Source: PVC group bacterium
Lineage (GTDB): Bacteria > Omnitrophota > Gorgyraeia > B26-G9
Length of the DNA: 64,000 bases
Direction of reading: 5' to 3'
Assembly: GCA_024231215.1 (NCBI GenBank)
Contig: JAAEQR010000195.1
Coordinates: 78,755 to 142,754 of the forward strand
In this document: positions 50,947 to 61,099 of the stretch, piece after piece
How the letters are laid out: each line of letters starts with the position of its first letter
Position numbering within the stretch: position 1 is the first letter of the stretch
The notes under the pieces: generated by a model
What the model saw: the letters and a program-made list of their open reading frames with translations, nothing else
The model's database searches: none
Told to the model about the DNA's origin: nothing
Made by a program: the position numbers and the translations under genes

Positions 50947-53370
50947 ATGAACAAATATATTTGCGTACATGGACATTTCTATCAGCCGCCGCGGGAGAAC
51001 CCGTGGTTAGAGGAGGTTGAACTTCAGGATTCAGCTTATCCTTTTCATGACTGGAATAAGCGTATTACCATTGAATGCTATGCTCCAAACGCGGCATCGC
51101 GTATTCTAGATAATGAAGATAAAATTGTCGATATTGTAAATAACTACGCGCAGATTAGTTTTAATTTCGGTCCAACTTTGCTTTCCTGGATGCAAAGGCA
51201 TATGAATGATACGTATAATATGATTTTAGAAGCAGATAAATTAAGTCTTAAGAATTTCTCCGGGCATGGGTCTGCTTTAGCTCAGGTATATAATCACATG
51301 ATTATGCCGTTGTCTAATTTAAAGGATAAGCAAACGCAGGTGATTTGGGGGATAAAGGATTTTGTAGCTAGATTTAAACGTAAGCCCGAAGGTATGTGGT
51401 TGGCTGAAACAGCTGTGGATACAGAAACTTTAGAAGTTCTGGCTGAACATGATATTAAATTTACGATATTATCTCCGTATCAGGCGCAGAATTTAAGAAA
51501 AATAGGAGATGAAAAATGGATAGATGCAAGTGCGGGAAAAATTGATCCGAAGATGCCGTATCTTTGCAATCTTCCTTCCGGGAAAAAAATTACCCTTTTC
51601 TTCTATGACGGCCCCGTATCTCAAGATATTGCTTTTGGCGGGCTTTTAGATAAGGGGGAAAATCTTGCTAACCGGTTGATCGGAACATTTGGTTCTCAAG
51701 AAGAGCCGCAGTTGGTGCATATTGCTACAGATGGAGAGACTTACGGGCATCATCATTCCTATGGGGAAATGGCTTTATCTTACGGATATAATCATATTAA
51801 AGAAAATAAATCAGCTAATATTACAATTTACGGGGAGTATCTGGAAAAATTTCCACCGACGCATGAAGTACAGATCGCAGAAAACTCATCTTGGAGTTGT
51901 ATACATGGCGTGGAACGCTGGCGTAATGATTGCGGATGTAAGATTGGTTCTGGTCATAACTGGAATCAAGCCTGGCGTGCACCTTTGCGTAAAGCTATGG
52001 ATTGGCTGCGGGATGCGCTTATTGAAGTATATGAGAAAGAAGGGGCGAAGTATTTAAAAGATGTGTGGCAGGCGCGGGATGGGTATATTGAGGTTATCTT
52101 AAATCGCGAAGATAAGAGTGTGAAGGATTTTCTTCAAAAGCACGCTAATGCAGAATTGCCCGAAGAAGATAAAATCCAGGCACTAAAGCTTTTGGAAATG
52201 CAGAGACATGCAATGCTTATGTATACAAGCTGCGGCTGGTTTTTCGATGAGATATCCGGGATAGAGACAGTGCAGATTATGCAGTACGCAGCGCGGGCTA
52301 TACAGATGGCTAAAGAAGCCGGGGGTATTGATTTAGAACCTGGGTATCTTAAGATTTTAAAAAAAGCACACAGCAATATAAAAGAGTCTGAAAACGGAGC
52401 TAAAATATATGAAAAGGCAATTAAGCAGACAGTGCTTGATTTGCACAGAGTTGGTGCGCATTTCGCCGTATCGTCATTGTTTAACGATTATCCCAAGACA
52501 ACCAAGGTGTATTGTTATTCTGTAGAAAACAGAGTTAATGAGCGCGCCGAAGCCGGAAGACAAAAGATTGTTATTGGCCGGGCGCTGGTAAAATCGGATA
52601 TTACTTACGAAGAAGATTTGGTTAGCTTTGCGGCTTTGCATATGGGGGATCATAATCTTTTTGGCGGAGTAAGAGATTATATGGGAGAAGAGCCGTTTGA
52701 TAAAATGCAGGAAGAGATTAAAGGAGCTTTTCAGCGCAGTGATATCTCACAGATAATTCATCTGATAGATCAGCATTTTGGGAGTCACAATTATTCTTTA
52801 TGGCATTTATTTAAAGATGAACAGAGAAAAGTTTTAGATGAGATACTTAATTCCACTCTCGAAGAAATAGAAAACTCATTCAGGCAGATTAACGAACATC
52901 ATTATCCGGTAATGCAGGTTATCAAAGAAATAGATATGCCTTTGCCAAAGATATTATCTACAACATTAGAATTCATGTTTAATGCGGATATCAGAAAGAT
53001 ACTTGATAGTGATGAGATTGATCTTTCCAGGCTGCAAAATTTAGTTGAAGAAGTAAAACGCTGGTCGTTTGTCTTAGATACTACAACTATAAAGTATGTA
53101 GCAAGTAAAAGAATAACTATTTTAATGAAACAATTAGATAAGAATCCCGGCGATTTGAAATTAATTACTACTTTGGGAGCGCTATTTAAATGTTTGAGCG
53201 GACTTAACCTGGACTTAAGTTTATGGCGAGCCCAGAATATATATTTTGATATTCACGCTCAGTTGTATGCGGAATTAGATAAGAAATCCAGAGAGAAAGA
53301 TCGTCATGCCAGAAAATGGATCAGACAGTTTGATCGGCTGGGCAAGTATCTTAGGGTAAGGAGCAGGTAG
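50947..53370 (+). CDS. GH57 family protein with a DUF3536 domain
   Basis: ICVHGHFYQPPRENPW, GMWLAETAVD, ATDGETYGHH, SWSCIHGVERW, MYTSCGWFFDE. Start at 50929 or 50947. Confidence 0.9.
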   Translation: MNKYICVHGHFYQPPRENPWLEEVELQDSAYPFHDWNKRITIECYAPNAASRILDNEDKIVDIVNNYAQISFNFGPTLLSWMQRHMNDTYNMILEADKLSLKNFSGHGSALAQVYNHMIMPLSNLKDKQTQVIWGIKDFVARFKRKPEGMWLAETAVDTETLEVLAEHDIKFTILSPYQAQNLRKIGDEKWIDASAGKIDPKMPYLCNLPSGKKITLFFYDGPVSQDIAFGGLLDKGENLANRLIGTFGSQEEPQLVHIATDGETYGHHHSYGEMALSYGYNHIKENKSANITIYGEYLEKFPPTHEVQIAENSSWSCIHGVERWRNDCGCKIGSGHNWNQAWRAPLRKAMDWLRDALIEVYEKEGAKYLKDVWQARDGYIEVILNREDKSVKDFLQKHANAELPEEDKIQALKLLEMQRHAMLMYTSCGWFFDEISGIETVQIMQYAARAIQMAKEAGGIDLEPGYLKILKKAHSNIKESENGAKIYEKAIKQTVLDLHRVGAHFAVSSLFNDYPKTTKVYCYSVENRVNERAEAGRQKIVIGRALVKSDITYEEDLVSFAALHMGDHNLFGGVRDYMGEEPFDKMQEEIKGAFQRSDISQIIHLIDQHFGSHNYSLWHLFKDEQRKVLDEILNSTLEEIENSFRQINEHHYPVMQVIKEIDMPLPKILSTTLEFMFNADIRKILDSDEIDLSRLQNLVEEVKRWSFVLDTTTIKYVASKRITILMKQLDKNPGDLKLITTLGALFKCLSGLNLDLSLWRAQNIYFDIHAQLYAELDKKSREKDRHARKWIRQFDRLGKYLRVRSR

Positions 53371-53376
53371 GGAAAA

Positions 53377-56127
53377 ATGAAAACGCCACTCGCTACATAT
53401 AGAATTCAATTTAATCCTTCTTTTGGCTTTCAGCAGGCAAAGGAAGTTCTGGATTATTTAAAAGCTTTGGGCATATCTGATATTTATGCGTCTCCCATAT
53501 TTAAGGCACGCAAGGGTAGCGGACATGGATATGATATAGTTGATTCAAATCAGATAAATCCTGAGCTGGGAACAGAGGCTGATTTTGATGCCTTGAGCAA
53601 TTGCGTAACTGAAAAACATATGGGCTGGCTGCAGGATATTGTACCCAATCACATGGCTTTTGATGCGGGAAATAAAATGCTTATGGATGTTCTGGAGATG
53701 GGACGATGTTCTGAGTATTATGAATTCTTTGATATTAACTGGAATCATCCTTATGAAAGTATGCGCGGTAGATTGCTGGCACCGTTTCTGGGCAGATTTT
53801 ACGCGGAGTGTTTAGAAAGCGGCGAAATAGAACTCACCTATAATAAGGAAGGCCTGAGTGTTAATTACTACTCTTTACGTTTTCCTTTAAAAATAGAATC
53901 ATATTCTAGCGTATTAGGTTATCGTATTGATAAACTAGCTAATGGGTCGGACAAAGCGGACGATCTTATTGGTATATTTTCCAGCTTAGGTAAAAAAGCC
54001 GAGAACCGTTATAGTCAACTTGCTCAGGCGAAAAAAGACTTTTGGGAGTTATATATACAAGATACGGGGATTAAAGAATTTATAGATGAAAATGTCCGAA
54101 CATTTAACGGGAGTCCCGGTGATCCTGAGAGTTTTAATTTATTGGATGAGTTACTAGGGCATCAGTGGTTTCGTTTAGCGTTCTGGAAGGTGGCGGCTGA
54201 AGAAATAAACTATCGCAGATTTTTCACGATTAATGAACTTATTTGTTTGAAAATTGATGACCAGGATGTATTAAACCAGACACATGCTTTGATTATTAAA
54301 CTGGTAGAGGAAGGAAAGATTACCGGATTAAGGATAGACCATATCGATGGATTACAAGATCCCCGCCAATATTTAGAGAGATTAAAAGGGGTGGCGAAGG
54401 ATACTTATACGGTTGTAGAAAAGATTCTGATCGATAAAGAGCAGCTGTCTTTGGACTGGCCGGCGCAGGGAACCACGGGATATGATTTTTTAAATCACGC
54501 TAACGGCTTATTTTGCATGAAGAAAAACCAGCGTTCTTTTAACCGGATCTATACAAAATTTACAGGCAGAGGTACATCCTATGAAGGTCTGGCTTGTAAT
54601 AAAAAACGTTTGATTATTAGTAAACATATGGCCGGTAATATCGACAACCTAGCTGTTTTATTGAAACAAATATCCAGCTATAGCCGGCATGGCAGTGATA
54701 TAACATTATATGCTTTAAGACGAGCATTAGTAGAGGTGCTGGCGCATTTTCCTGTGTACCGAACTTATATAAGTCATGATGATTTTACGGATATAGATGC
54801 TGACTATATATTGTCTGCGGTAAAAAAAGCAAAACATATAAGCCCAGGACTTTTTTATGAACTTGATTTTATTGAAAAATTTCTTTTGTTAAAGCCGGAA
54901 CACTATATTCGTGATGAAGAAAGAGAAAAAGTAATCGAGTTTGTGATGCGGTTTCAACAGGTAAGCGGGCCATTGATGGCTAAAGGGGTCGAAGACACTG
55001 TATTTTATGTGTATAATAGATTTTTGTCATTAAATGAAGTGGGTGGAAGTCCTGATAAGTTTGGAATTTTTGTAAAAGATTTTCATAATTTTAATAAAAC
55101 AAGGCAAGCAAATCATCCGTGTTCTTTGAATGCCCTGTCTACGCATGATACTAAACGCGGTGAAGATTTTCGCGCCAGGCTTAACGTGTTTTCTGAAATT
55201 CCCGAGCTTTGGGAGCAGAGTATAAAGCGATGGAACCGGAGTAATAAAAAAATCAAGACAAAACTAAATGCTGTTATTGCTCCGGATAAAAACGATGAGT
55301 ATTTTTTGTATCAGACACTGGCCGGAGCATTTCCTTTTAATGTTGAAGATAGGGATGCGTTTATGGGTCGGCTGAAAGAATACCTGATTAAAGCGGTAAG
55401 AGAAGCAAAGGTCTATACCGCCTGGTTAAAGCCGGATACCGATTATGAAAACGCTTATATAAAGTTTGCCGAAGAGATAATGAACGGTGCGTTTCTAAAT
55501 GAGTTCCTGCCGTTTCAGAAAAAGATTGCGTATTACGGAATATTTAATTCCCTGGTGCAGACACTGATTAAAATGACTGCTCCGGGTGTACCTGATTTCT
55601 ATCAAGGCACAGAGCTTTGGGATTTAAGCCTGGTTGATCCGGACAATCGCAGGCCGGTTGATTTTGTTCAAAGAGAAAAGATGCTTCGAGATATAATGCA
55701 TGGGAAGCAGAATAATCTCAAAGAATTGATCTTGGACCTCTGGAAAAATAAAGAAGACGGCAGAGTAAAGATGTTTTTAATCTATCAGATTTTACAGCAA
55801 AGAAAGGCATTGCCGGAGTTGTTTTTAAAGGGTGATTATGCGGCATTGGATACCGGCGGTAAGTATAAAGATCATGTGGTTGCCTTTGCCAGAACCTATA
55901 AGGATGATACGGCGTTGATTATTGTACCGCGGTTTTTGACAACTTTAGTTGAAGAAGGGGAAAATCCTTTTGGAGAAACTGTCTGGAGTGATACGTATGT
56001 AGCTGTCCCGGATGGGGTGGATAAATGGACAGATGCGATAACTGATCAAGTGATAGAGGGGAAAAGGACATTAGCAGTAAGTGATATTTTTAAGAGTTTC
56101 CCAGGGGCAATGCTAATTAATAAATAA
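53377..56127 (+). CDS. treY: Malto-oligosyltrehalose synthase
   Basis: ATYRIQF, YASPIF, HGYD, DIVPNHM, INYRRFF, GLRIDHIDGL, STHDTKRGED, LSLVDPDNRRPVDF. Confidence 0.94.
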   Translation: MKTPLATYRIQFNPSFGFQQAKEVLDYLKALGISDIYASPIFKARKGSGHGYDIVDSNQINPELGTEADFDALSNCVTEKHMGWLQDIVPNHMAFDAGNKMLMDVLEMGRCSEYYEFFDINWNHPYESMRGRLLAPFLGRFYAECLESGEIELTYNKEGLSVNYYSLRFPLKIESYSSVLGYRIDKLANGSDKADDLIGIFSSLGKKAENRYSQLAQAKKDFWELYIQDTGIKEFIDENVRTFNGSPGDPESFNLLDELLGHQWFRLAFWKVAAEEINYRRFFTINELICLKIDDQDVLNQTHALIIKLVEEGKITGLRIDHIDGLQDPRQYLERLKGVAKDTYTVVEKILIDKEQLSLDWPAQGTTGYDFLNHANGLFCMKKNQRSFNRIYTKFTGRGTSYEGLACNKKRLIISKHMAGNIDNLAVLLKQISSYSRHGSDITLYALRRALVEVLAHFPVYRTYISHDDFTDIDADYILSAVKKAKHISPGLFYELDFIEKFLLLKPEHYIRDEEREKVIEFVMRFQQVSGPLMAKGVEDTVFYVYNRFLSLNEVGGSPDKFGIFVKDFHNFNKTRQANHPCSLNALSTHDTKRGEDFRARLNVFSEIPELWEQSIKRWNRSNKKIKTKLNAVIAPDKNDEYFLYQTLAGAFPFNVEDRDAFMGRLKEYLIKAVREAKVYTAWLKPDTDYENAYIKFAEEIMNGAFLNEFLPFQKKIAYYGIFNSLVQTLIKMTAPGVPDFYQGTELWDLSLVDPDNRRPVDFVQREKMLRDIMHGKQNNLKELILDLWKNKEDGRVKMFLIYQILQQRKALPELFLKGDYAALDTGGKYKDHVVAFARTYKDDTALIIVPRFLTTLVEEGENPFGETVWSDTYVAVPDGVDKWTDAITDQVIEGKRTLAVSDIFKSFPGAMLINK

Positions 56128-56141
56128 TGGAGAGCTAAGCA

Positions 56142-57632
56142 ATGAAAAAACGAAGTAGCGGAATATTAATGCATATTACATCTTTACCTTCACCGTTTGG
56201 AATTGGTGATATGGGAGATGGTGCTTATAGATTTGTGGATTTTCTGGAGCAGTCAAAACAAAAATCATGGCAGGTACTTCCGTTTAACCCGACAAGCGGG
56301 ATTAACGGACATTCACCGTATAGCAGTATGTCTGCTTTTGGGGCCAATATATTATTGATCAGCCCGGAATTGATGCTAAAAGACGGACTGCTTAGCGAAA
56401 AAGATGTTGATACCTGTCTGGATTCAAACGGTGTAGTTGATTATCCAAAAGTTTTAGAATTCAAAAACAGATTATTTAATATCGCGTTTAAAAAATTTCA
56501 AACTATTGAAGATAAACAGGGGTATACGGATTTTTGCGCGGAAAATGCATATTGGCTGGAAGATTTTGCGATGTTTATTGCTTTTAAAGAGTATTTCCAG
56601 GATAAACTTTGGAGCGAATGGCCGCAGGATATCCGGGACAGAAATCAGCAGGCAGTGATCAATTTAAAAGCGCAGATGAACGGCAAGATTGAAAAAGAGA
56701 AATTTCTGCAGTATTTATTTTTTAAACAGTGGTTTGCGCTAAAAAAATATGCGAACCAAAAAGGCGTAGAGATAATCGGTGATATTCCGATCTATGTTAC
56801 CTATGATAGTGTGGATGTATGGCAGGATCCTTCAGTATTTAAGCTGAACGCGGAAAAAGAACTGAAATACTTAGCAGGGGTGCCGCCGGATTATTTTAGT
56901 AAGACCGGACAATTATGGGGTAATCCTGTCTATGATTGGGATGCGTTGGCTAAAGATAAATACGCCTGGTGGATAAAAAGAATAGAACACAATCTTAAAT
57001 TGTTTGATTGGGTAAGGATTGATCATTTCCGAGGGTTTGTTGATTATTGGCAGGTACCGCTTGGAGAGAAGACAGCGATTGGCGGGGAATGGCAAAAAGC
57101 ACCGGCTTTTGATTTTTTTGAGACTATATTACAGAGATTTCCTGATGCGCCGATTATTGCCGAGGACCTGGGGATTATTACCGATGAAGTCAGGGAAGCA
57201 ATTAAACATTTTGGTTTCCCAGGGATGAAGATATTGATATTTGCGTTTTACGAAGATAAAAAAGACCATCCGTACTTGCCGGATAATTATATAGACAATT
57301 GTGTGGCTTATACCGGAACACATGATAATAATACAGTCAAAGGCTGGTTTGAAAATGAAACACAAGAAGCAGATAAAAAACGTTTGTTTAAATGTCTGGG
57401 CAGGGAAGTGTCCGTAGATGAGCTGCCTTGGGCAATGATTAAATTATTGATGGAATCTAAAGCGAATATGGCTCTTTTTCCGATGCAGGATATTCTGGGT
57501 TTAAAGCAGGAAGACCGCATGAATTTACCCGGGACTTTAGACGGAAACTGGCAATGGCGGCTTAAGCCTGAGCAGTTAACTCCGCAAATCACTGCGCAAT
57601 TAGCGGAAATCACGCTATCTACCAGCAGATAA
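56142..57632 (+). CDS. malQ: 4-alpha-glucanotransferase (amylomaltase, GH77)
   Basis: GILMHITSLPS, GDIPIYV, GVPPDYFSKTGQLWGNP, RIDHFRG, IAEDLG, YTGTHDNNT. Confidence 0.95.
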   Translation: MKKRSSGILMHITSLPSPFGIGDMGDGAYRFVDFLEQSKQKSWQVLPFNPTSGINGHSPYSSMSAFGANILLISPELMLKDGLLSEKDVDTCLDSNGVVDYPKVLEFKNRLFNIAFKKFQTIEDKQGYTDFCAENAYWLEDFAMFIAFKEYFQDKLWSEWPQDIRDRNQQAVINLKAQMNGKIEKEKFLQYLFFKQWFALKKYANQKGVEIIGDIPIYVTYDSVDVWQDPSVFKLNAEKELKYLAGVPPDYFSKTGQLWGNPVYDWDALAKDKYAWWIKRIEHNLKLFDWVRIDHFRGFVDYWQVPLGEKTAIGGEWQKAPAFDFFETILQRFPDAPIIAEDLGIITDEVREAIKHFGFPGMKILIFAFYEDKKDHPYLPDNYIDNCVAYTGTHDNNTVKGWFENETQEADKKRLFKCLGREVSVDELPWAMIKLLMESKANMALFPMQDILGLKQEDRMNLPGTLDGNWQWRLKPEQLTPQITAQLAEITLSTSR

Positions 57633-57731
57633 AAACTCTCCTTTAATTTGCGAACACACCTAAAATATGGTATACTTTATCAGATTTTTACCTAATTTTT
57701 AATGATGTATCTTGTTTAACAATAACGATTT

Positions 57732-59708
57732 ATGGGTATAATGGCAATGAAATCAAGAAGATTAAAATTCATAAACAAACTTATGGCAGTTGTTTTGATC
57801 CAGCTGTTTTTAGGGGGGAGCTCTGCCTGGTGTGGGGAGATTAGTACTTTGTCCCCTCAGATTTTCCTGCAAAATAATTCCTTACTAGATGTTTTTACCC
57901 AAAAGACAGAAGCTGCTATTTTTAGCGTGCCGCATGATGCGCAGTTATTGATGGTGCATGTGAATGAGAGGTGTGATCCTGATTATTATTGGACTAGCAC
58001 AAAGACAGCTAATAACCGGCTTATAGAAATGTTTTCTATTCAGCCTTTAATTTTTGCTTTTCCGGATTCTATGTTTGGCGACAGCTTTGATGCAAAAGAT
58101 ATATATGTGAATACTAATAATGCAGAGATTGTGCCTCCGCAGGGAAGTGTGTCTGAAGAAGAATGTTATGAGTTGACAAGAGGCCTCAATTCTAATTCGT
58201 TTATTCTTACCGGCGGCGCCTGGGGAGAATGTCATTATCAGGCATTTAAGGTTTTGTTGCGTAAGGCAATTAGGGAATGTGCTTCAACTCCACAGATAAT
58301 TTTGCCTAAAGATGCTATTTATGTTTTGTATAATGATTACAAGATGAAGGGTGAGTTTTCTACTCGACCTTTGACAGAGTGCGGAGATCGAAGGTTTTCA
58401 TCAGGATTATGGGACTATTATAAAGCTTTAGATGAATTGGCCGGAGAATATGAAATTTGGGATATAAGCGAGCAGAAGAAGGATCTTTTGCAGAAAAAAG
58501 GCGAAGATTCTAAAGTGAAAATTTTTCTGGTTGATTCTGTAAAGACAGTTGAAAAGGCAATTGTTAATAGTGAAAACCTTAGTTTTAATTCGTTAGAGAA
58601 ACAAGAAAGAAGTATAGTAGATCATATATTGGCAGCATTTGGCACAACACATAAAGACCTGCAATGGAAAAAAGATAAAGGATCGTTTAATATTGCAAAT
58701 ATTGTGCTAACGGATGAAAATAAAGATGTTGTGAGTCAAGTTTTTTTTCCTCTTGAGGAGAAAACTATTGCTTCTGGAAATGTCATGATTCTAGCGTATA
58801 ATGATCTGCCTCTATATTTATGGTTTATTAATGACCAGAAGGAGGCAGAGTATATAAATTTGACATTTTATTATTCTTCTTTATCAAGCAATAAGATTTT
58901 GTTGGGAATGGGAAAAGATATTGTTGATATTTTTGAGCGTCAGGAAATTGTTCGTATGCATGGTTTTGATGCGGGGAATCAGTTTGTTTATATTAATATG
59001 GATCCTAGTAGTAATAGTTATAAGGAGGTAACTATTGGTAATTACAATCAATGGCGGGAAGAATATCTTAATTTGATTTGGATTTTTCCTGGAGTGTGGG
59101 GGCCTGATAGTTTTTCAAGTCGGCTTATTGCTGGAGCAACCGCAGAATTAACAAAGCCGGGGATGAAGGTTTTGGTTATTGGTACAGGTGCGGGTGTAGA
59201 GGCATATATTGCGGCAAATAAAGGTGCTTATGTTGATGCAGTGGATATAAGAAAGATGGCTGTGGAGAATACTAAGATTACTTGTAGCAATACGGATTTT
59301 TCACATAGAGTTAATGCGTTTGTAAATGATATGTATAACGGGTTGGGTAAGTATGATTTGATTGTCTGGAATATGCCGCATTATTGGCCTGATTTACGAT
59401 TGGATGGTTATGCAAAATCTACCAATACTACTGATAAGAATGGACAGATATTATCTCGATTTGCACAAGGAGTTACTGAGCATCTTACAATTAATGGTAA
59501 AGTGGCAATAGTTAATAGCGCTGGAGATCAACTTAAAGTAATTATTAAAAGTTTATTGGAGCAGACTTCCGGATTGAAAATAACACAGATGATGGGAGAG
59601 GAAGATACTCCTTCTCGAATATATATTTTAGAACAGGGCGTAATGGCATTTGAGGAAAATGACAAGATAAAGGCATATAGTGCAGAATTGGTAGGAGAAG
59701 CAATATAA
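57732..59708 (+). CDS. Exported multidomain protein with a C-terminal class I SAM-dependent methyltransferase (HemK/PrmA-like)
   Basis: Signal peptide (SAWC-G); VLVIGTGAGV motif I, VDAVDI, YDLIVWNMPHY (NPPY-like). Confidence 0.7.
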   Translation: MGIMAMKSRRLKFINKLMAVVLIQLFLGGSSAWCGEISTLSPQIFLQNNSLLDVFTQKTEAAIFSVPHDAQLLMVHVNERCDPDYYWTSTKTANNRLIEMFSIQPLIFAFPDSMFGDSFDAKDIYVNTNNAEIVPPQGSVSEEECYELTRGLNSNSFILTGGAWGECHYQAFKVLLRKAIRECASTPQIILPKDAIYVLYNDYKMKGEFSTRPLTECGDRRFSSGLWDYYKALDELAGEYEIWDISEQKKDLLQKKGEDSKVKIFLVDSVKTVEKAIVNSENLSFNSLEKQERSIVDHILAAFGTTHKDLQWKKDKGSFNIANIVLTDENKDVVSQVFFPLEEKTIASGNVMILAYNDLPLYLWFINDQKEAEYINLTFYYSSLSSNKILLGMGKDIVDIFERQEIVRMHGFDAGNQFVYINMDPSSNSYKEVTIGNYNQWREEYLNLIWIFPGVWGPDSFSSRLIAGATAELTKPGMKVLVIGTGAGVEAYIAANKGAYVDAVDIRKMAVENTKITCSNTDFSHRVNAFVNDMYNGLGKYDLIVWNMPHYWPDLRLDGYAKSTNTTDKNGQILSRFAQGVTEHLTINGKVAIVNSAGDQLKVIIKSLLEQTSGLKITQMMGEEDTPSRIYILEQGVMAFEENDKIKAYSAELVGEAI

Positions 59709-59752
59709 AGAGTTTACCCTGCTTGTATTTTCTTATATAATAACATTTGTTT

Positions 59753-60997
59753 ATGGAAAAAGTTATTCTGGTTACAGTCAAACTTACAGATAGATCCGAG
59801 GCGTGGTCATTAGAAGAGCTTAGTGATGAACTGCGGCTTCTTACCAAAACCGTATGCGCGGATATTGTTGCCGAAATTACCTGCAATCGCAAGTCACCAG
59901 ATCCTTCCTTATATATAGGGAAGGGAAAAGTCAAAGAAATTGCCACAATCGTAAAACAGGAAAAGGCCCAGACAGTTATTTTCAATAATGACCTTTCCCC
60001 TACCCAACAGCGAAATTTAGAAGAATTGCTCAAAGTGAAGACTATTGATCGCACTCAGTTGATCCTGGATATCTTTGCGCGTCATGCCAAAAGTCAGGAA
60101 GGAAAGACCCAGGTTGAGTTGGCCCAATTACAATATTTATTACCCCGATTATCCGGAGAGGGAATTGCGTTGTCTCGGTTGGGCGGAGGTATTGGTACTC
60201 GCGGTCCGGGGGAGCAAAAACTGGAGATTGACCGTCGGCGGATCAGGAAACGCGTAGTTCATTTAAAAGAAGATATTAAGGCTATGGGGCTCCGACGTTT
60301 TGCTTTGAGGAAAAAGCGGATTGATAATGCTTTACCCACAGTTGCATTGGTGGGGTATACGAATGCTGGCAAATCTACGTTACTTAATTCTCTTACCGGT
60401 GCAGGTGCTAAAATGAAAAATGAGATGTTTAGTACTCTTGATCCGATCACTCGCAAATTTGTACTTCCTGATAGCGGCCAAAATATTTTATTTTCAGATA
60501 CAGTTGGATTTTTGCATAAATTACCGCATCATTTGATTGACGCGTTTAAAGCTACGTTGGAGACGGTAGCCGAGGCTGATTTACTGCTTATTGTTTTAGA
60601 TGCTGCCAGTGAAAAGATGCAGCAGCATAGCGATGCAATATGGGAAGTCTTATCTGAGCTTAAAGCCCAGGATAAACCGGTTATTTATGTGTTAAATAAG
60701 ATTGATAATCTAGATAATGATACTCTTCTGGAGCAGTTTAAACTTAAAATAGAAAAAAGCATTTCGATTTCAGCTAAACAGAAGATTAATCTGGAGATGC
60801 TTATTAAACAGATTGAGAGTAGCTTATTTGACTTGATTACAGAAGTAAACGTGTTTATCGAGCACTCTAAAATGAAGATACTTAATTATATCCATGAACA
60901 TGGCAAAGTTGATGTTTGTGAATATACAGAAAACGGCGTTCAAATACAGGCAAAACTACCGATTCCGCTAGCCAAGAAAGTCCTCTCCGAAATATAA
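59753..60997 (+). CDS. hflX: Ribosome-splitting GTPase HflX
   Basis: LSPTQQRNLE, DRTQLILDIFA, GTRGPGE, GYTNAGKSTL, DTVGF, NKID. Confidence 0.95.
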   Translation: MEKVILVTVKLTDRSEAWSLEELSDELRLLTKTVCADIVAEITCNRKSPDPSLYIGKGKVKEIATIVKQEKAQTVIFNNDLSPTQQRNLEELLKVKTIDRTQLILDIFARHAKSQEGKTQVELAQLQYLLPRLSGEGIALSRLGGGIGTRGPGEQKLEIDRRRIRKRVVHLKEDIKAMGLRRFALRKKRIDNALPTVALVGYTNAGKSTLLNSLTGAGAKMKNEMFSTLDPITRKFVLPDSGQNILFSDTVGFLHKLPHHLIDAFKATLETVAEADLLLIVLDAASEKMQQHSDAIWEVLSELKAQDKPVIYVLNKIDNLDNDTLLEQFKLKIEKSISISAKQKINLEMLIKQIESSLFDLITEVNVFIEHSKMKILNYIHEHGKVDVCEYTENGVQIQAKLPIPLAKKVLSEI

Positions 60998-61015
60998 ATT
61001 TTTTGTAAAACCCTC

Positions 61016-61044
61016 TTGACAGGCATTTATTTATTTGATATATT
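61016..61044 (+). promoter_or_regulatory. Sigma70-type promoter of the hrcA operon
   Basis: TTGACA (61016-61021), 17-nt spacer, TATATT (61039-61044), overlapping CIRCE. Confidence 0.75.
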
Positions 61045-61069
61045 AGCACTCTGAATGCGAGAGTGCTAA
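61043..61069 (+). promoter_or_regulatory. CIRCE element (HrcA operator)
   Basis: Perfect TTAGCACTC-N9-GAGTGCTAA upstream of hrcA-grpE-dnaK. Confidence 0.97.
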
Positions 61070-61099
61070 ATGTAAGTTTGGATTTCAAAAGGCAGAATT

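Noticed and set aside
59545-60054. 169-aa minus-strand ORF, and similar antisense ORFs inside rho, carAB and the tre genes
   Set aside because: They lie antisense to well-supported genes and have no motifs, as expected for shadow ORFs.
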